Shown piece by piece: positions 1 through 11,766 of a DNA stretch of 64,000 nt. Location: NCBI GenBank assembly GCA_964187785.1, contig OZ076409.1, positions 42,534,001 through 42,598,000 of the forward strand, in the 5' to 3' direction. The DNA comes from Amphiscolops sp. MND2022 (taxonomy: Eukaryota). Each line of letters begins with the position of its first letter. The stretch's first letter is position 1. A model generated the notes under the pieces. It was given only the letters and a program-made list of their open reading frames with translations, was not told the DNA's origin and did not search any database. The translations under genes were made by a program, and so were the position numbers.

Positions 1-1123
1 TCTCACGAATAGTTTTTTTGTTTTGGAAAGAATTTCTACTAATCTTACAAAATCACAATGATAACCTTGAAGAAGTCCTTGCTTTTTCTGTTTATTGTTT
101 TTTTGTTGACGATTAATATTTTGTTCTCTGTGTTGTTTCGTTTATAGTATTTGATTTTTCGAACATTCTGCCGTCTAATTGCACTTCAAATTACTCTCGA
201 AAAGAAAAAAATTTTGCTGCGCTTTGACCTCGCTTTCGTAAAAAAACGATCTATGGGGTTCAAAAGCTATAGTTATGTAGACGTTACTTCGCAACAATTT
301 GCGAAAAAAAATCAGTTTTTCAAAAATTTTGGACAACCTCGTTTTTTGGTAACATGAATCAATTCTTTCCAACGTTTACGTAACTTTCCGTCGCGAATTG
401 ATAAATATTTGAATAAAACTGGCTTAAATGATCACCTAAGTAACTTCAGCCTTGATACTGTAGTTGATGAAGAACTTATCAAGAAAAACAAATTAGAAAA
501 AAACTGAACAACACAAGGTTTGCCCGGAAGAACAACATTTTTTAAAAAAAGATACCTCCAGCTGAATTGGAGGCTATCATTAAAAATGAAAAACTCAAGG
601 GCGGTTCCCTTTGTTCCTTTTTACTCCTTAGCTCTAATAGTGAAAGAATGCAAAGAGTGAGTGTACGTTTTAGAATGGGAATTGTCAAACCTGCTCCTGC
701 ATAAATTCATATTGCGGTTCAAAGTGGCAAGAATCTAAATGGCAATCACAATCACTTTTTTTCTGACCAGAATTGATTTGGTCCTGGAAAAATGCAACCA
801 GTTTCTCCTTCGATATCATTTGGATACAATGTCCAAATTTCGGTTGTAGCGCAATTTTATCGGCAATTATGTTATTTCAGATAATACAAACAAGACGCCC
901 GCTAAGCACAGGGATATGTTCCGCCTTCTTCGCCTTCACCAACTGAGCCATAGCTATTTTGGGAGGGGGAATAGGATAGGATTTAAAGTATAAGATCTAA
1001 AACTTAGTGATTTTAGATCTTATTCCCTTCAGATATTATTCCCGTCCTAAAATTTTTGATCTTATTCCCTTTAGATCTCATTCCCAGTTTTACTTTGGAG
1101 ACTATAACCCCTCTAAGCTGTTT

Positions 1124-1172
1124 TAGTTACTTGACTATTTAGTTACTAGTAACTTAAATAGTCAAGTAGCTA
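1124..1172. repeat. Near-perfect ~49-bp palindrome
   Basis: tacttgactattta...taaatagtcaagta arms around agttactagtaact. Confidence 0.85.
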
Positions 1173-2333
1173 TCAAAAACAGTCAAGTAGTGAAGTGAAT
1201 TGAGGACCTCGGAGGAGATTTGTTAGAATTTGGAAAAAAACGCATCACAGATCATGATTTTCCGCCCCCATTTAATGTGGGCGAAATATAAAAAGATACA
1301 AAAAGTCGAACCCAATATAATATATTGAAACTTATTGTTGTTCAATTTGGAAAGAATAAAAAAAAACTGGGGCCTCAGTGGGATTCAATCCTACGTTTTT
1401 TTTGCTTCGATAACCCCGCACTCTACCTACTGGGCCTATTATGTCGCGTTAAGACTAACGCCTAATCGAAAATTTAAAAGCAAGTGCAACAATAAAAACG
1501 CTCAACAAAAAAAACCGGGGCTACAGTGCCGTTTGTATTCAAAAAACACCTGCATAAATACAAAGCATAACAATAGCCTTTGTGCAACAGCGCAGTTTAT
1601 GATTAAAAAACACCTGAAGTAATAAAATATTAAACATTCTTCCCCGGGCTTCAAGCAGTTTGTATTCAAAAAACACCTGCAAAAACAAAGCAGGAAATTT
1701 AACTAACCTGGAGAAGAAAAAAATGGAGATTATATAATAGATGAAGTAGGACGGCTGGCAGAAAAAAGGGAGGCCGCAAAATAATAAAATAATTATTAGA
1801 GGAATACAACTACCGCGGGATTGCACAATTGAAAAACCCTATTATTTATCGCGAAGATTCAAATCTCAAGCTAAGCTGTGGTTGGTTGAATGCAGAACAT
1901 GCCGGCCAGGCACCTCAGTAGAAGTGCTGAACTGTTTTTATACGGCGTGTACAGGCCTGAGCTTCATTCTTCTAGCCAACCGGCAAAACTTCAACTCAAA
2001 AAAGAAGCTCTCTCCCTTTCTCGTTTCTTTCTCTGTTCCCTTCACTTGTTGTAACTTTTCTTCTTTTCTCATCTTCACCAAATTTTTGATTTATTTTCCT
2101 ATTGGACGTAAAAAGGCTATCTTATTTTCTTCCCCTCTTTTGCTTTGGCTCCCCTCTTAACAAAGTTTCTCTTGTCAAACATTTTTTCAAGACACTTCCC
2201 TCTCAACTGAATTTTCAATCTCAAAAAATTCACTTCAACTCAACTACGGCCCCCGGTTTGGTGAGTGAAAAATAACTTAGACTTTCTTTCGGTGGAGATT
2301 TCTAGTTCTCCCTTTATCTAACTAAAGTTCTAT

Positions 2334-2462
2334 CTTAGAATAATTCCGCTGATTTTACTCAGCGGTTCTTTAAAATTCTATTTTAGAATAATTTCACTGA
2401 TTCGACTCAATGGCCGTTTAAGCTTCTAACTTAGAATAATTCCGTTGACTTTAGTCAGCGAA
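2334..2462. repeat. Three ~48-bp tandem units, each with a hairpin
   Basis: ttagaataattccgctgattttactcagcgg and two variants. Confidence 0.75.
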
Positions 2463-3376
2463 AGATAAACTTATTTAATAAAAAATTGAAAGAACAGGTT
2501 AGCGTTACAAAAGTGTTGCTTAGGCAATTTACCAAATTTAGTTATCAATTTTGTTTCCTATCAAAAGTCTTAGTGCTGTTACAACACCCAACTGAACAGT
2601 GACTTTAAAAAAGAAATACTCGTCAGTTTAAACTATCACTGACTATGACCTATTTATTCATTTATTCGGAGGTAAATTAGAACGTTTCAAAAGGGAAATG
2701 TAAAGCTTCAAATTCTATCAGTTAATTTTATAAATTAATCCTGAAGAGACCGATAAAGCTACTTTGCAGATGAAATGAAACAAATTGTAAAGTTTCAACT
2801 GAATAATACAAAGAATGGAATAGGTACTGCTATGCCTAGATAAATTTTCACACCTAACAACAGCCTCTCTTTATTAAATCAACATATTCGCTTCCCTTGA
2901 TTTTCTTTCTGTAATCAGACCGGTCATTTAGTCATACAGCCTTGCACTTACTCACGCAGTTTCCTTTGTTCGCACGTACACGCAAGGCATTTTCTTTTTA
3001 GTATAACACGGAGTAAGCTTATGAGACTTTCTTACTCACTTCTAATCAAAAATAGAATAGTCGCGTGAAATTACAGTACGACATCCTAAAGAAGCTGAAC
3101 TGACTAATAGTGATGTGATTGAACAGTCCCTTGGAAAAGAGAAAGCTGAAAATAGTAAGTTAAAATCTATCCATGCGTGCGACAATTAGCATGAGAAACA
3201 AGAGAAAATGTCCACCGAACAAGAATCGAACACACTTTTTACATCTTCGCACCCTAACCACTAGGCCAACTAGCAAATAGGTCCCAGCATTCGAGTGTTT
3301 TCAGGCCGCCATCGATAGAGAAAATTGGAGATGAACTTCGCTAGAGCAAAGATTTTTAAAACTACAGAAACTTCAG

Positions 3377-3697
3377 ACAAGCCGGGAATGACCCAAGTCG
3401 GCGCCATATCCAAGGCTCAAAAGTAGCAAAAGGAATTCGAAGTGTTAATCATTCCCTTCTAAAGTACAGGAATGAGGAAAAAAACATTTTCCGAATTTTT
3501 TTTCTAAATTCTTTTGAAGTCTTTAGTAAGTCGCATAGTGCCAAAAAATCTAAAGGGGGCCCTTTGAGACTTTTTGAACATCCATTCCGTTGAAAATATA
3601 AAAAGTCGAAGGAGGTCAATGTCGAGACTCGAACCCACGTCCTCTGCTTGGCAGACCCTAAAAATCCTAATTAACCTCTATGCCAAAGTGCAGTAGA
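3377..3697 (-). mobile_element. HINE/DINE-1-like non-autonomous Helentron, 3' part (split by the LTR element)
   Basis: acaagccgggaatgacccaagtcggcgccatatc terminus (3' hairpin plus subterminal IR AGTCGGCGC) shared with copies at 46671, 47459, 21328, 21849 and 44414. Confidence 0.75.
3620..3692 (-). promoter_or_regulatory. tRNA(Gly)-like internal Pol III promoter inside the HINE
   Basis: Minus strand A-box-like TGGCATAGAGG and B-box GGTTCGAGTC with CTGCCAAGCAGAGGACGTGGGTTCGA between them; related segments at ~47265-47330 and ~47730-47800. Confidence 0.55.
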
Positions 3698-4444
3698 TGT
3701 AACGATAAGCGCCGGCGCTTGAACCGTAACTTAGAGTGGAGGAACTAGAACAGCGAATATAATCTGGGACTTAGATCTCCGCGGCCCTAGCTCATTTTCC
3801 CTCCGAAGGAGCCAGTCCCAAGTTGGGGGAACCGTCTTGTAAGAAACTCTCTGGCCTGGTCCCAGTCTGTAACTGCTAAAAGTAACCGGCATCTTGCATA
3901 ACTCAAGACCACTGCTCAACTAGCCTTTAAAAAGAGGGCTGAAAACAAGAGGAGGTTGAGCCATAGTATTGGAGAATCTGATAAAATCGACATATCCAAA
4001 TAGGTAAATATAGATGTTCAAGGGCAGCTCTCGAGCATATCTATCTACAGCAAAGGGAAATACAACAAAATTAACAATTTGAGTCATTTTGGTAGAAATT
4101 GACCTCGGCTCCCAGCGCTAGCGCTCGTCACCACACAGGACACTGCAGGGATACTCAGGCGAACATCTGGAACACGGGTTTCCGGTACTATAGTAGTGTC
4201 GATCTCTGGGGGATGGGCACAATACCGTGTTTTTCAGACGAAAAAATACGTCTTTTTTGTCGTTTCTTGCGTTCGCTCTTCGCTGGCGGTGATTTCTGAT
4301 TTTCTGGGGTGCTTTTTCTGGCAGGTACTTCATCTTGAGCATGTTTGAGTGCCACGTCAGATTTGAACGAATTTTTGGCAAAATTTCTGAACATGTCGAG
4401 TTGCAAAATCGGTGGACATTGCTGTACCAGAGCTTGCCGTTACA
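3698..4444 (-). repeat. 3' LTR (747 bp)
   Basis: Starts tgtaacgataagc and ends gcttgccgttaca (imperfect 13-bp terminal inverted repeat). About 16 differences counted by eye against the other LTR. Confidence 0.95.
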
Positions 4445-4461
4445 TCACTCCCTGGGCTTCT
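4445..4461 (-). promoter_or_regulatory. Polypurine tract
   Basis: Minus strand AGAAGCCCAGGGAGTGA directly precedes the TGTAACGG start of the 3' LTR. Confidence 0.6.
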
Positions 4462-5215
4462 GGCTTTTCGTCCCTGGCAAGCGGCGTATGAGCTCATCTA
4501 GAAACTGCGTCACCATGACTGCTGGGAACCATCATCCACACATCAGGGGACAAGGACAAGTCCTTGTTTTTCAGCAACAATTTTGGTCAATTTTCGCGGT
4601 TTTTGTCAAAGAAAATCTTACTGCCTAGTATTTTTTTACAAAAATGCGAACGAGGTTTTAGCACCAGCTCGAGAGCTAAGGTTTTCAGTCGGTTAAAACT
4701 CGTTTGGGCAAGCAGTTCTCGCTAAAAACTCTTTTGCGACCAAGGTCAGCTGAAATCTTTTTTTTGCAACTTGACATTTACAGTTTTCAGTCAATTTCGG
4801 GCGACGTAAAACTTCTTTTGGGAGAGCGCAGATTTGCCTACTCATCAGACAGTCGATAGAAGATGCTTGAACAACAAAAAACAAGGAAAGACAGCAAAAA
4901 CCGTAACTAAAAGGCTAAAACTTTTTCTTGACTATGGCAACTCAAAAACACCGTGAACGGTGCGCAACAAAAATAGCAGTTTTTCTTTGGTAATAATTTC
5001 TTTTTTCAACTTTGTAGGCCAAGCAGCTGGGGCAGGCGCACTCTATTGGCCGTACACCCAGCGCAATACTAACAATACATTAACTAAGTAATGACTATGA
5101 ACAAAAAATTGCACCATGTACGGGTAGCACCGGTTAAAGCTATAAGTTTGAAGGCACTATTTCGGCAGAGTTTAGAGTCTATAGGGAGCGCGAACGCTCC
5201 CATTGGCGGCAGGGT

Positions 5216-8200
5216 TCACTGGGCTGAGCTGCGTCGAGCTCGATTCTTGGTGGCATCATCGGAAGTTCCTGAATTGCTAGCATCTTCCAACGCGACTGAC
5301 GCTCTACGTTGAGCAGGAACTACAGTAACTACTGTTTCCGAGTCTGAAAGGTCTTCTGGGAGCGCTAAATCGGCGATCGGCTGCACCACAGGATAGTGTT
5401 GGGGGTCAGTTCAGCGGCGTGTTCTCCGGTTTGGGGCTGCGATGACTGAGGACTGGCCTGTGACGACGGTGGACTAATTGGCTCTGGGTTCAAGACATGA
5501 GTGGGTAGATCAAGGGTTATGGGTCGTACGCTGGGTTGACTCCTCGATATAGCCATTGTTGGTGCGAGCATGGTAGGCGCGAACGCCTGTTGTCTGGCGG
5601 TCTCGGCTCGACTCTCCACAGCCAAGGATACTCGCTTGGAAACCCAGCCAGGCTGATTCCAGAGCTCGCAAGCTCGCTTCCATTTCGGGAAGCTGGCAAT
5701 CTCCAGTTCCGAGCAACGTCCCTCCCATTCTGCACGGGCTTCAGAACCTAAGACGGAATTTATCTCATCGTGTAACACGATTGACATATCTCCTGACATC
5801 GTCATCTTTCCCTGGGGCCTCCATACAGATCTTCATGGAAACGGAGTAATGCGGCACCGAAAATTTCGCTGTCGAATTTGGGCGGCTCCTTCAATCCAAC
5901 CCGGGATTTGCGCCAGTTCCAAATGTTGGATCTGTCGGTTTAAAGTCTCAGGGGCGCGACCAACGGGCTTCGCTCTGGGCCATCCCGGTGGTTCTTTCCA
6001 GTATAGTTTGGGAAAGTGATGCACCGGAAACTGTAGAGGGGGTCTATTGGTGGACCAGCACTAGTGCTGGCACGGATCACCTTACGAATGAATTCTTGGG
6101 TCCATGGAAACCGGAAGGGGACTCCATTCAGGCTGAGGGGGCGGAGTACCAATTGATTGGGCCGTACTCCCGAGGCAAAGGACATGCTTTTCGCGTGACG
6201 CAGTAGCCCCATCAAATTCTCCTCCAACTGTTTCTCAGACTTCAGAGTAGTGTACCCATGCGGCATTTCTCCACTCAGTACGGCCTGTACAACGCGTGGG
6301 TAAGTCAGCGAGTGGCGTCCTTGAAAATAGGTGCAGAAGGATACCATATGCACCTGCACTGCTCTCGCGAGGGCCTTAGTTGGGTACCTGCACACACCAA
6401 TTGCGCCGAAAATTGGGGCCAAAACTGGAGCCATGGTGGGCACAAAGTCCTCTACTTCGGCTAACGTCAGTTCAGCGAGTTGCTGTGGCATAGGAAATCC
6501 GGCCAACTCCCAGGGTATCTGGCGCTCCGCATTATGTAGAGGTTGCGACTGGTCCACGCCTACGAATAAACCAGAGGCGAATACCAGGGTGGAGTACAAC
6601 CAATGTTGGATCGACGCACGCATGCGCTCCAATTGGGCGGAATAGTTTTGCTGGTCCTTGGAATTCATGAGGTGACCCCAGCGGGTCAGGCTGCGGAGTT
6701 GTCCTTGTGCAAGGACCAGATAGCTGTAGAAGGTGATTAGGTCACCGGATGTCACGATGACAATCAGGAGGGCCAGGGGGCCAGCCACAAACTTTGTCGG
6801 GCCCATCGTTAGCGCGAGCGCTAACACTTCTCCTACGGTGGCCTCGCCGATGGTTTCCAGTAGTTTGTCGGCCTGCACATTGGTGAGCGAGAACTCGGCG
6901 GCGATTACATCGATGTTCCAGCCCAGACCTAGACTGGTACAAAAGGCTTCCAGGGGGCAGTCGTGCTCTCGAGCCACTTCCGCCAAGGTTCTGTCCACGA
7001 ATCTGGCCTGGTACCAGTGGGCGTAGGTAATACTAGCTGCATCTACCTCGTTCTTCAGGTTGGTTGCTTCGTTGGCCACGATGTGCCTGATGCCCACGGG
7101 CAGCTTGACTGGCTCGATTCCAGTAGCAAAGTGAATCTGAGGGACCGTTCGCTCGACCGTGCGCGCAGCAGGCCATGCTTCGTTTTGCTTCACTAACTCA
7201 GCTAGTTCTGCACGTACGGGGACTTCTTTGTCCTTACGCACCAGCCAGTTATGGCGACGGACAGCTTCTCGTTCACTTACGTTGGACTCTCGCATGACAC
7301 GGTTGCCATCCAGGTCGAAGGCCATTCTTCCCATGCACATTCCATGGTCGAAGAGCACGGCGTCGTCTATGGTCAACTGCGCATTCTCCGAACGCTCTAC
7401 AGCGATCAGTACGCGGGATATGGCAGCGAAGAAGGCTGGATATGACAGTGCGTCAGGGCGCAGGTCGCCATGATCCACCCTAAGGTTTGGTGCGCAGATG
7501 GCAAAGTCAATCCTGCGTGCCTTGCACACTTCCAACAGGATATAAACGAACTGTTGCAAACTTTGCTGCCAGTACATGAATCCTGGCGGGGATACGAAGA
7601 GCGCTAGCGCTCCCAGGCGACCCCGAAGGATCCCTGCGGCACGCTCCATCGCATCCGCAACGATGTTCACCAAGGTAGCGACGTTCCCAGGTCGACGGGT
7701 GTCAGCCATGATGGTATCCAGGTCACGCAACAATCCTTCGCACGCCATGTGGTCCCGCAGATTTGCAAAAATCACTCTCTGTGGGGGTGGCTCTTTCAGT
7801 GACCCTCTCAGGTTCGGGTCGTACATTACCCCGATCATTTCAGCAACCTCGGTGAAACGGGACAAGGGCATCGTCAACACCAGTACGTCGGGCATCAGGT
7901 TGTCGATGGGTAGGTCGCTTCTGCAGGTGGAGTCCACTGCCACACAGTAGCGCGCGCGCTGCAAAGCTGCTTTCAGTAGGGGTTTCATGGAAACAATGTT
8001 ACGGGCATAGCGGGCATTTGCTTCCCACGTTTCACCATCTCGCAGTGTGTACCGCGCGGGAAATTGCTCGGTAATGTTGTGTTGCAGGGGCGCCATATAG
8101 TCGTTAGGCGTCATGGGCAGTTGCTCTCGAGCACACTGCTCCCAGGCTTGCTCGGACATGTCTGCATCACAGGGACGCAGTACTCGTGTGATTTGTGCAG

Positions 8201-9505
8201 CGATAGTGATTCGGTTCACTTCTTTCTGGTCAGCTTCTGTCGGGGGTGCTCTCCTTCTGATTGCACACATGTTCAAGTACAGACGTTCTGCGGCCATCCA
8301 AGTTCGCTTACTGTCGCTGGTTGCTACAGAGCCAGACACATCGTCGGATGGTGGTAGGAAGGCTGGCGGGCTGGCTTCCTCAATCGCTTCTGGCATATCC
8401 AAAGACATCTCGGCGGAACCCGTGCCCGAGGGCACGGAGCTTGCTTCAGGGCCGGCCTCCGCGTGCCATATTGCTCAATCGCCTCTCGCATGGTCAGTTG
8501 GGGCGCACCTCGGCCCAGGTGGCCAACACGATATGGGGGCCTGACTATTACTACACTCTTCATCTGGGGTTGCTGAGGCACATCTGCACGCTTGTCCGGA
8601 GGAAGACGACTGGTTGGACTTTCCGTCACCGAGCCAGTGGGGGCAGAGGCGGCACTCTCTCCCGTTACTCGCTTCCGTCCAGCTTCTTCACGTGGGCCAG
8701 TCGCGGTACTGCCACCTGGAGCAGCCGTGGTACTACTGCTGGGTCCAGCTATGGTCTCGGTGTCCATGGATGCTGTTTCGGCTAGAGTGGTGGGAGTTTC
8801 GGAGCCCAAGGGCTGAGCGGCGGCTTGCAAATAGTTAGCCAACCCCGGAATCCTTTGTTCTACTGCCCGAACAAAGTCGGATGAGTTGGGATAATTGGCC
8901 ACGGCTTGCAGTGCCACTATCACTGCCTGTTCGCCAGTGCTTCGCCCAATGAGATTCAGGTTTGGCACAGGTGGTACCCGGGACCCCGAGGGCTCCCGAT
9001 CAGAGACTGGTTGAGTGGTTGGAGGAATCTGCTGAGTTCCGTATGGTGCTCCAAAAGCAGGCGAGCCAGAATAAGTTGGCGTCATCGACACTGAATTCGG
9101 TGCTACAATTGGCGGCAACGAGGGAACATTGGCAGGCATCATTCGCAAGGATGCCTCTTGCTCAAATCTGGTACCTTGGCTGGGGCCGTATACCGCAGTG
9201 GATCGTTCGTCTAGGAAATGATGGGTAAGGTCGTAACCATCCCAGGCTCCGTTGGTACATGTCAGGGCGCGGCGGTAGCCAGCTACCTCAGTTACAATTG
9301 AGAGTGACACGCCTGGCAGCGTTTGCATGGTGTCAAGCTGAGTAAGTAGTGCTGCCACACCAGCGATGGCCACTGGCGGAAGGCCATTTCGCTACCTGTC
9401 CTCTACAAATTGGGCCTGATTGACCCTCTGCGCTCGCGCAGATTCCTGAGGCTTTGCACTACTAGGCCCTGTTGCAGGCACGGAGTTGCTTGGGCAGTAG
9501 GCCAT
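5216..9505 (-). pseudogene. Cargo ORF2, reconstructed ~1,430 aa, with an SGNH/GDSL-esterase-like domain (~7950-7400); joins listed ORFs 8324-9373, 5940-8435, 5833-6024 and 5365-5805
   Basis: ATG at 9505. In-frame stops at 9392-9394 (TAG) and 5833-5835 (TGA). Single-base frameshifts near 8470, 6040 (G5 run) and 5403 (G5 run) link the pieces into one frame ending TGA at 5216. SGNH-like blocks: YCVAVDS, VLTMPLSRF, RVIFANLRD, LFVSPPG, GDLRPDALSY. Confidence 0.7.
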
Positions 9506-9517
9506 TAATTCATAGGT

Positions 9518-9538
9518 CTAAAAAGGATAACTGTTAGG
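9518..9538 (-). promoter_or_regulatory. Putative 3' splice acceptor upstream of ORF2
   Basis: Minus strand cCTAACagttatcctttttAG|acctatgaattaATG: branch-point-like CTAAC, pyrimidine tract and AG, with an open frame into ATG 9505. Confidence 0.5.
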
Positions 9539-9777
9539 CTTACGCGGTGAGTGTTGGTGGGAGCTTAAGGCTCGTCACCCAGTTACAGTGATGCAACATC
9601 GGCTCCTTACGGGAACCGTAACGAACTCAAATCTAACTAACTTAACTAAAACGAAAACATTTGAGGGAGTAACATAACAAAGAATCATTTTGGCGGCAAG
9701 AGTGTTCAAGACTCTTCCGGGGATACTACAATTAGGCAATGGTAAAGGGGGGAAAGGGTTGGATCTAAGTGACAAGG

Positions 9778-11766
9778 CTATTCCAGCCCTATACTCAATA
9801 TTGACGCATACACGCGGCTGTGCAAAACGACATGGATACCAGTACCCTCGAACATGTTCGCTAGGGCATAGTACAGATTGACCAACGAGAAGGTAGGTCT
9901 CTCGGGGTCCAGAATGGGCAAATGGATCCGTGCGGATCCCTTGTCCATTGAGCGCTGTAATAGGTGCGTCATGCAGCGCAAACAGTCGTCGGTCAGCAGC
10001 GGCGCACGCTGGTTTGCTCGTACTATCAGCAGGTGAACACTTTGGTTGGGGTTTGGATTAACATCACGGGGGATTGTGAGCATCTCGCCCACCTTAGGCT
10101 GTAAGGAGAATACTTTTTCTATGCCACATTCTCGCAGCACGTATCGCAAGGCGGCGGAGTTAGTTTTCAGGTCAGCGGGGCATGCTAATACGATATCGCC
10201 TTCTACTTGCAACAAGTCAGTTTCGTCGTACGAGACATGTTCGGCTGAATTTGGATATGGGGCTTCCGGGTAAACAATTTCTCGTCCGGGTCCATTGTCG
10301 GAGGGGAGGCACTCGCGAGGCGCGCGTCCTTGAATCGCAGCCAGGTCTTGCCATACCGAGCGGGGCATCGCTCGATTGTCACTGCCGGCTTTGACCCATG
10401 TATCCAGAGTCCCCAGGGCGGCTTTTGGGAACAGAGGGACCTCGAATGTGTGAGTCCACTCATCTAGCAGTCGAATTCTGGGATAGGTGGTGAAGCAGGT
10501 GATGATCAGTTCCAACCACCATGCAAATTTCACCTTGCCCCGATACCAGTCTATGATATGGAAGCAAAGTATCAAGTCCGTAGTGGTCAGGGTCCTAAGA
10601 CTCTCTAAACAGGACAGCAGGTGCAGCGGTTCTACGATTGTCTCCACTCGTGGAGCAGTAACCAGCAACCACCAATGAGGAGCAGGACTGTATACTCCAC
10701 CCGGTTCCATTTGCACTCCGTACTTGTCACACAGCAGGTCAGCAGTGATGCACCGGGCCATTTGCACGGGTTCCCTTTCAAAATTGGATGGTCCAAACGC
10801 AATGTTGTTGGGCACGGGGGGCATCACGGTGGGCAAGGTAAACTCCAGGCCCTTCTCATCACTAGTCCACTCCTTAAACCGGGGGCAAGGAGCTTTCTCT
10901 ACTCCAGGTAATGATAGCTTCTCAAGGATAGCGTCCACGGGGTGATTTCCAGATCGTTCCACGGCGGAGTAGGTTTTCTCGGCCCGCACTGTGAGGCGGT
11001 GCACTAGTTTTTCTCCCTCTTCCGGAGGAATTCCCCGGCCCCCAGTGGGAACCCTCCGGTTCTCTTTCACAGCTAACAAGCAGACACAGTCTCGCAGCCC
11101 GCAGGTTCCGCATTTGTAGCGCGGCTGTCGCTTACTTCTCAGTTGATATCTTGGAGCTTCGGATTCTTCTGCGGATTTTGGGTTTTCGGTCTCGGCCTGG
11201 GTTGCTGTTTCGGCTGGGGCCTCGGTTTCAACGTTCGTGGTTGATTCTTTCTTCCTCGTTTTTGCCTTTGCTCGGACTAGCCGTTTCTTCTGCGCCTTGG
11301 GCGGTCTCCCCCTCCTGTGCTTTCCGTAGGCACAAACTCGAGTGATCCCTCGAGCGAGTCCTGACCCTTGTGGTCTCGAATAATTCGCGTTTTCCACATA
11401 GGTGAGGTCTTGGTCCACAGCGACTTGCAAGCGCGAATTCGTTTCTTCGCTCAGGGGTGCTCGAGAGCACCCTTCCTCGGCTACAGGCTCGTTAGTTACG
11501 TTTGAGTTGGGCCACTCTTCTTCTGCCTCGTTGGCTCTTTCGCGGCATGTCTCGTTGACCCATTGCTCAGTGCGGCGGGAGCTTCCAGAAGTGACTGAAC
11601 CATCGGAGGGGGGAGCCATGGCGGCCAATTCCTCCTTGCGTTGTTGTTCGATAGTAACTTCGTCAGACATTTCGTCTGAAAAATGCGAACCGTCCATCGA
11701 GGATTCATGTGTTGCCCAAGACTGCGAGCTCAGGTCGGACTTCGCAAGACCTCGCATGGCTATCAT
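9778..11766 (-). CDS. Cargo ORF1, 662 aa: acidic N-terminus, AT-hook (RRGRPPK), CxxC-x4-CxC cluster, two tandem TARG1/OARD1-like macrodomains (~10809-10465 and ~10239-9820)
   Basis: Intact ORF. VSYDETDLL..DIVLACPADLK..KVGEMLTI..VHLLIVR..RIHLPIL..MFEGTGIHVVLH and IAFGPSNF..MARCITADL..WWLLVTA..LLSCLESL..CFTTYPRIRLL each track the TARG1 pattern (ITYVKGDLF..LAHCISED..IYYLITK..LSMPRIG..VFEATDIKITVY). Confidence 0.75.
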   Translation of the reverse strand: MIAMRGLAKSDLSSQSWATHESSMDGSHFSDEMSDEVTIEQQRKEELAAMAPPSDGSVTSGSSRRTEQWVNETCRERANEAEEEWPNSNVTNEPVAEEGCSRAPLSEETNSRLQVAVDQDLTYVENANYSRPQGSGLARGITRVCAYGKHRRGRPPKAQKKRLVRAKAKTRKKESTTNVETEAPAETATQAETENPKSAEESEAPRYQLRSKRQPRYKCGTCGLRDCVCLLAVKENRRVPTGGRGIPPEEGEKLVHRLTVRAEKTYSAVERSGNHPVDAILEKLSLPGVEKAPCPRFKEWTSDEKGLEFTLPTVMPPVPNNIAFGPSNFEREPVQMARCITADLLCDKYGVQMEPGGVYSPAPHWWLLVTAPRVETIVEPLHLLSCLESLRTLTTTDLILCFHIIDWYRGKVKFAWWLELIITCFTTYPRIRLLDEWTHTFEVPLFPKAALGTLDTWVKAGSDNRAMPRSVWQDLAAIQGRAPRECLPSDNGPGREIVYPEAPYPNSAEHVSYDETDLLQVEGDIVLACPADLKTNSAALRYVLRECGIEKVFSLQPKVGEMLTIPRDVNPNPNQSVHLLIVRANQRAPLLTDDCLRCMTHLLQRSMDKGSARIHLPILDPERPTFSLVNLYYALANMFEGTGIHVVLHSRVYASILSIGLE

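Noticed and set aside
130..880. Possible decayed viral or Polinton-like coding remnant
   Set aside because: Coding-like stretches but no recognisable motif; needs a translated search.
2334..2462. CRISPR-like array
   Set aside because: Eukaryotic context, no unique spacers, no cas genes.
3620..3692. Functional tRNA gene
   Set aside because: No complete cloverleaf; embedded in an interspersed repeat.
5940..8435. ORF2 as a retroviral envelope glycoprotein
   Set aside because: No signal peptide, clear fusion-peptide arrangement or C-terminal membrane anchor seen; only its position is env-like.
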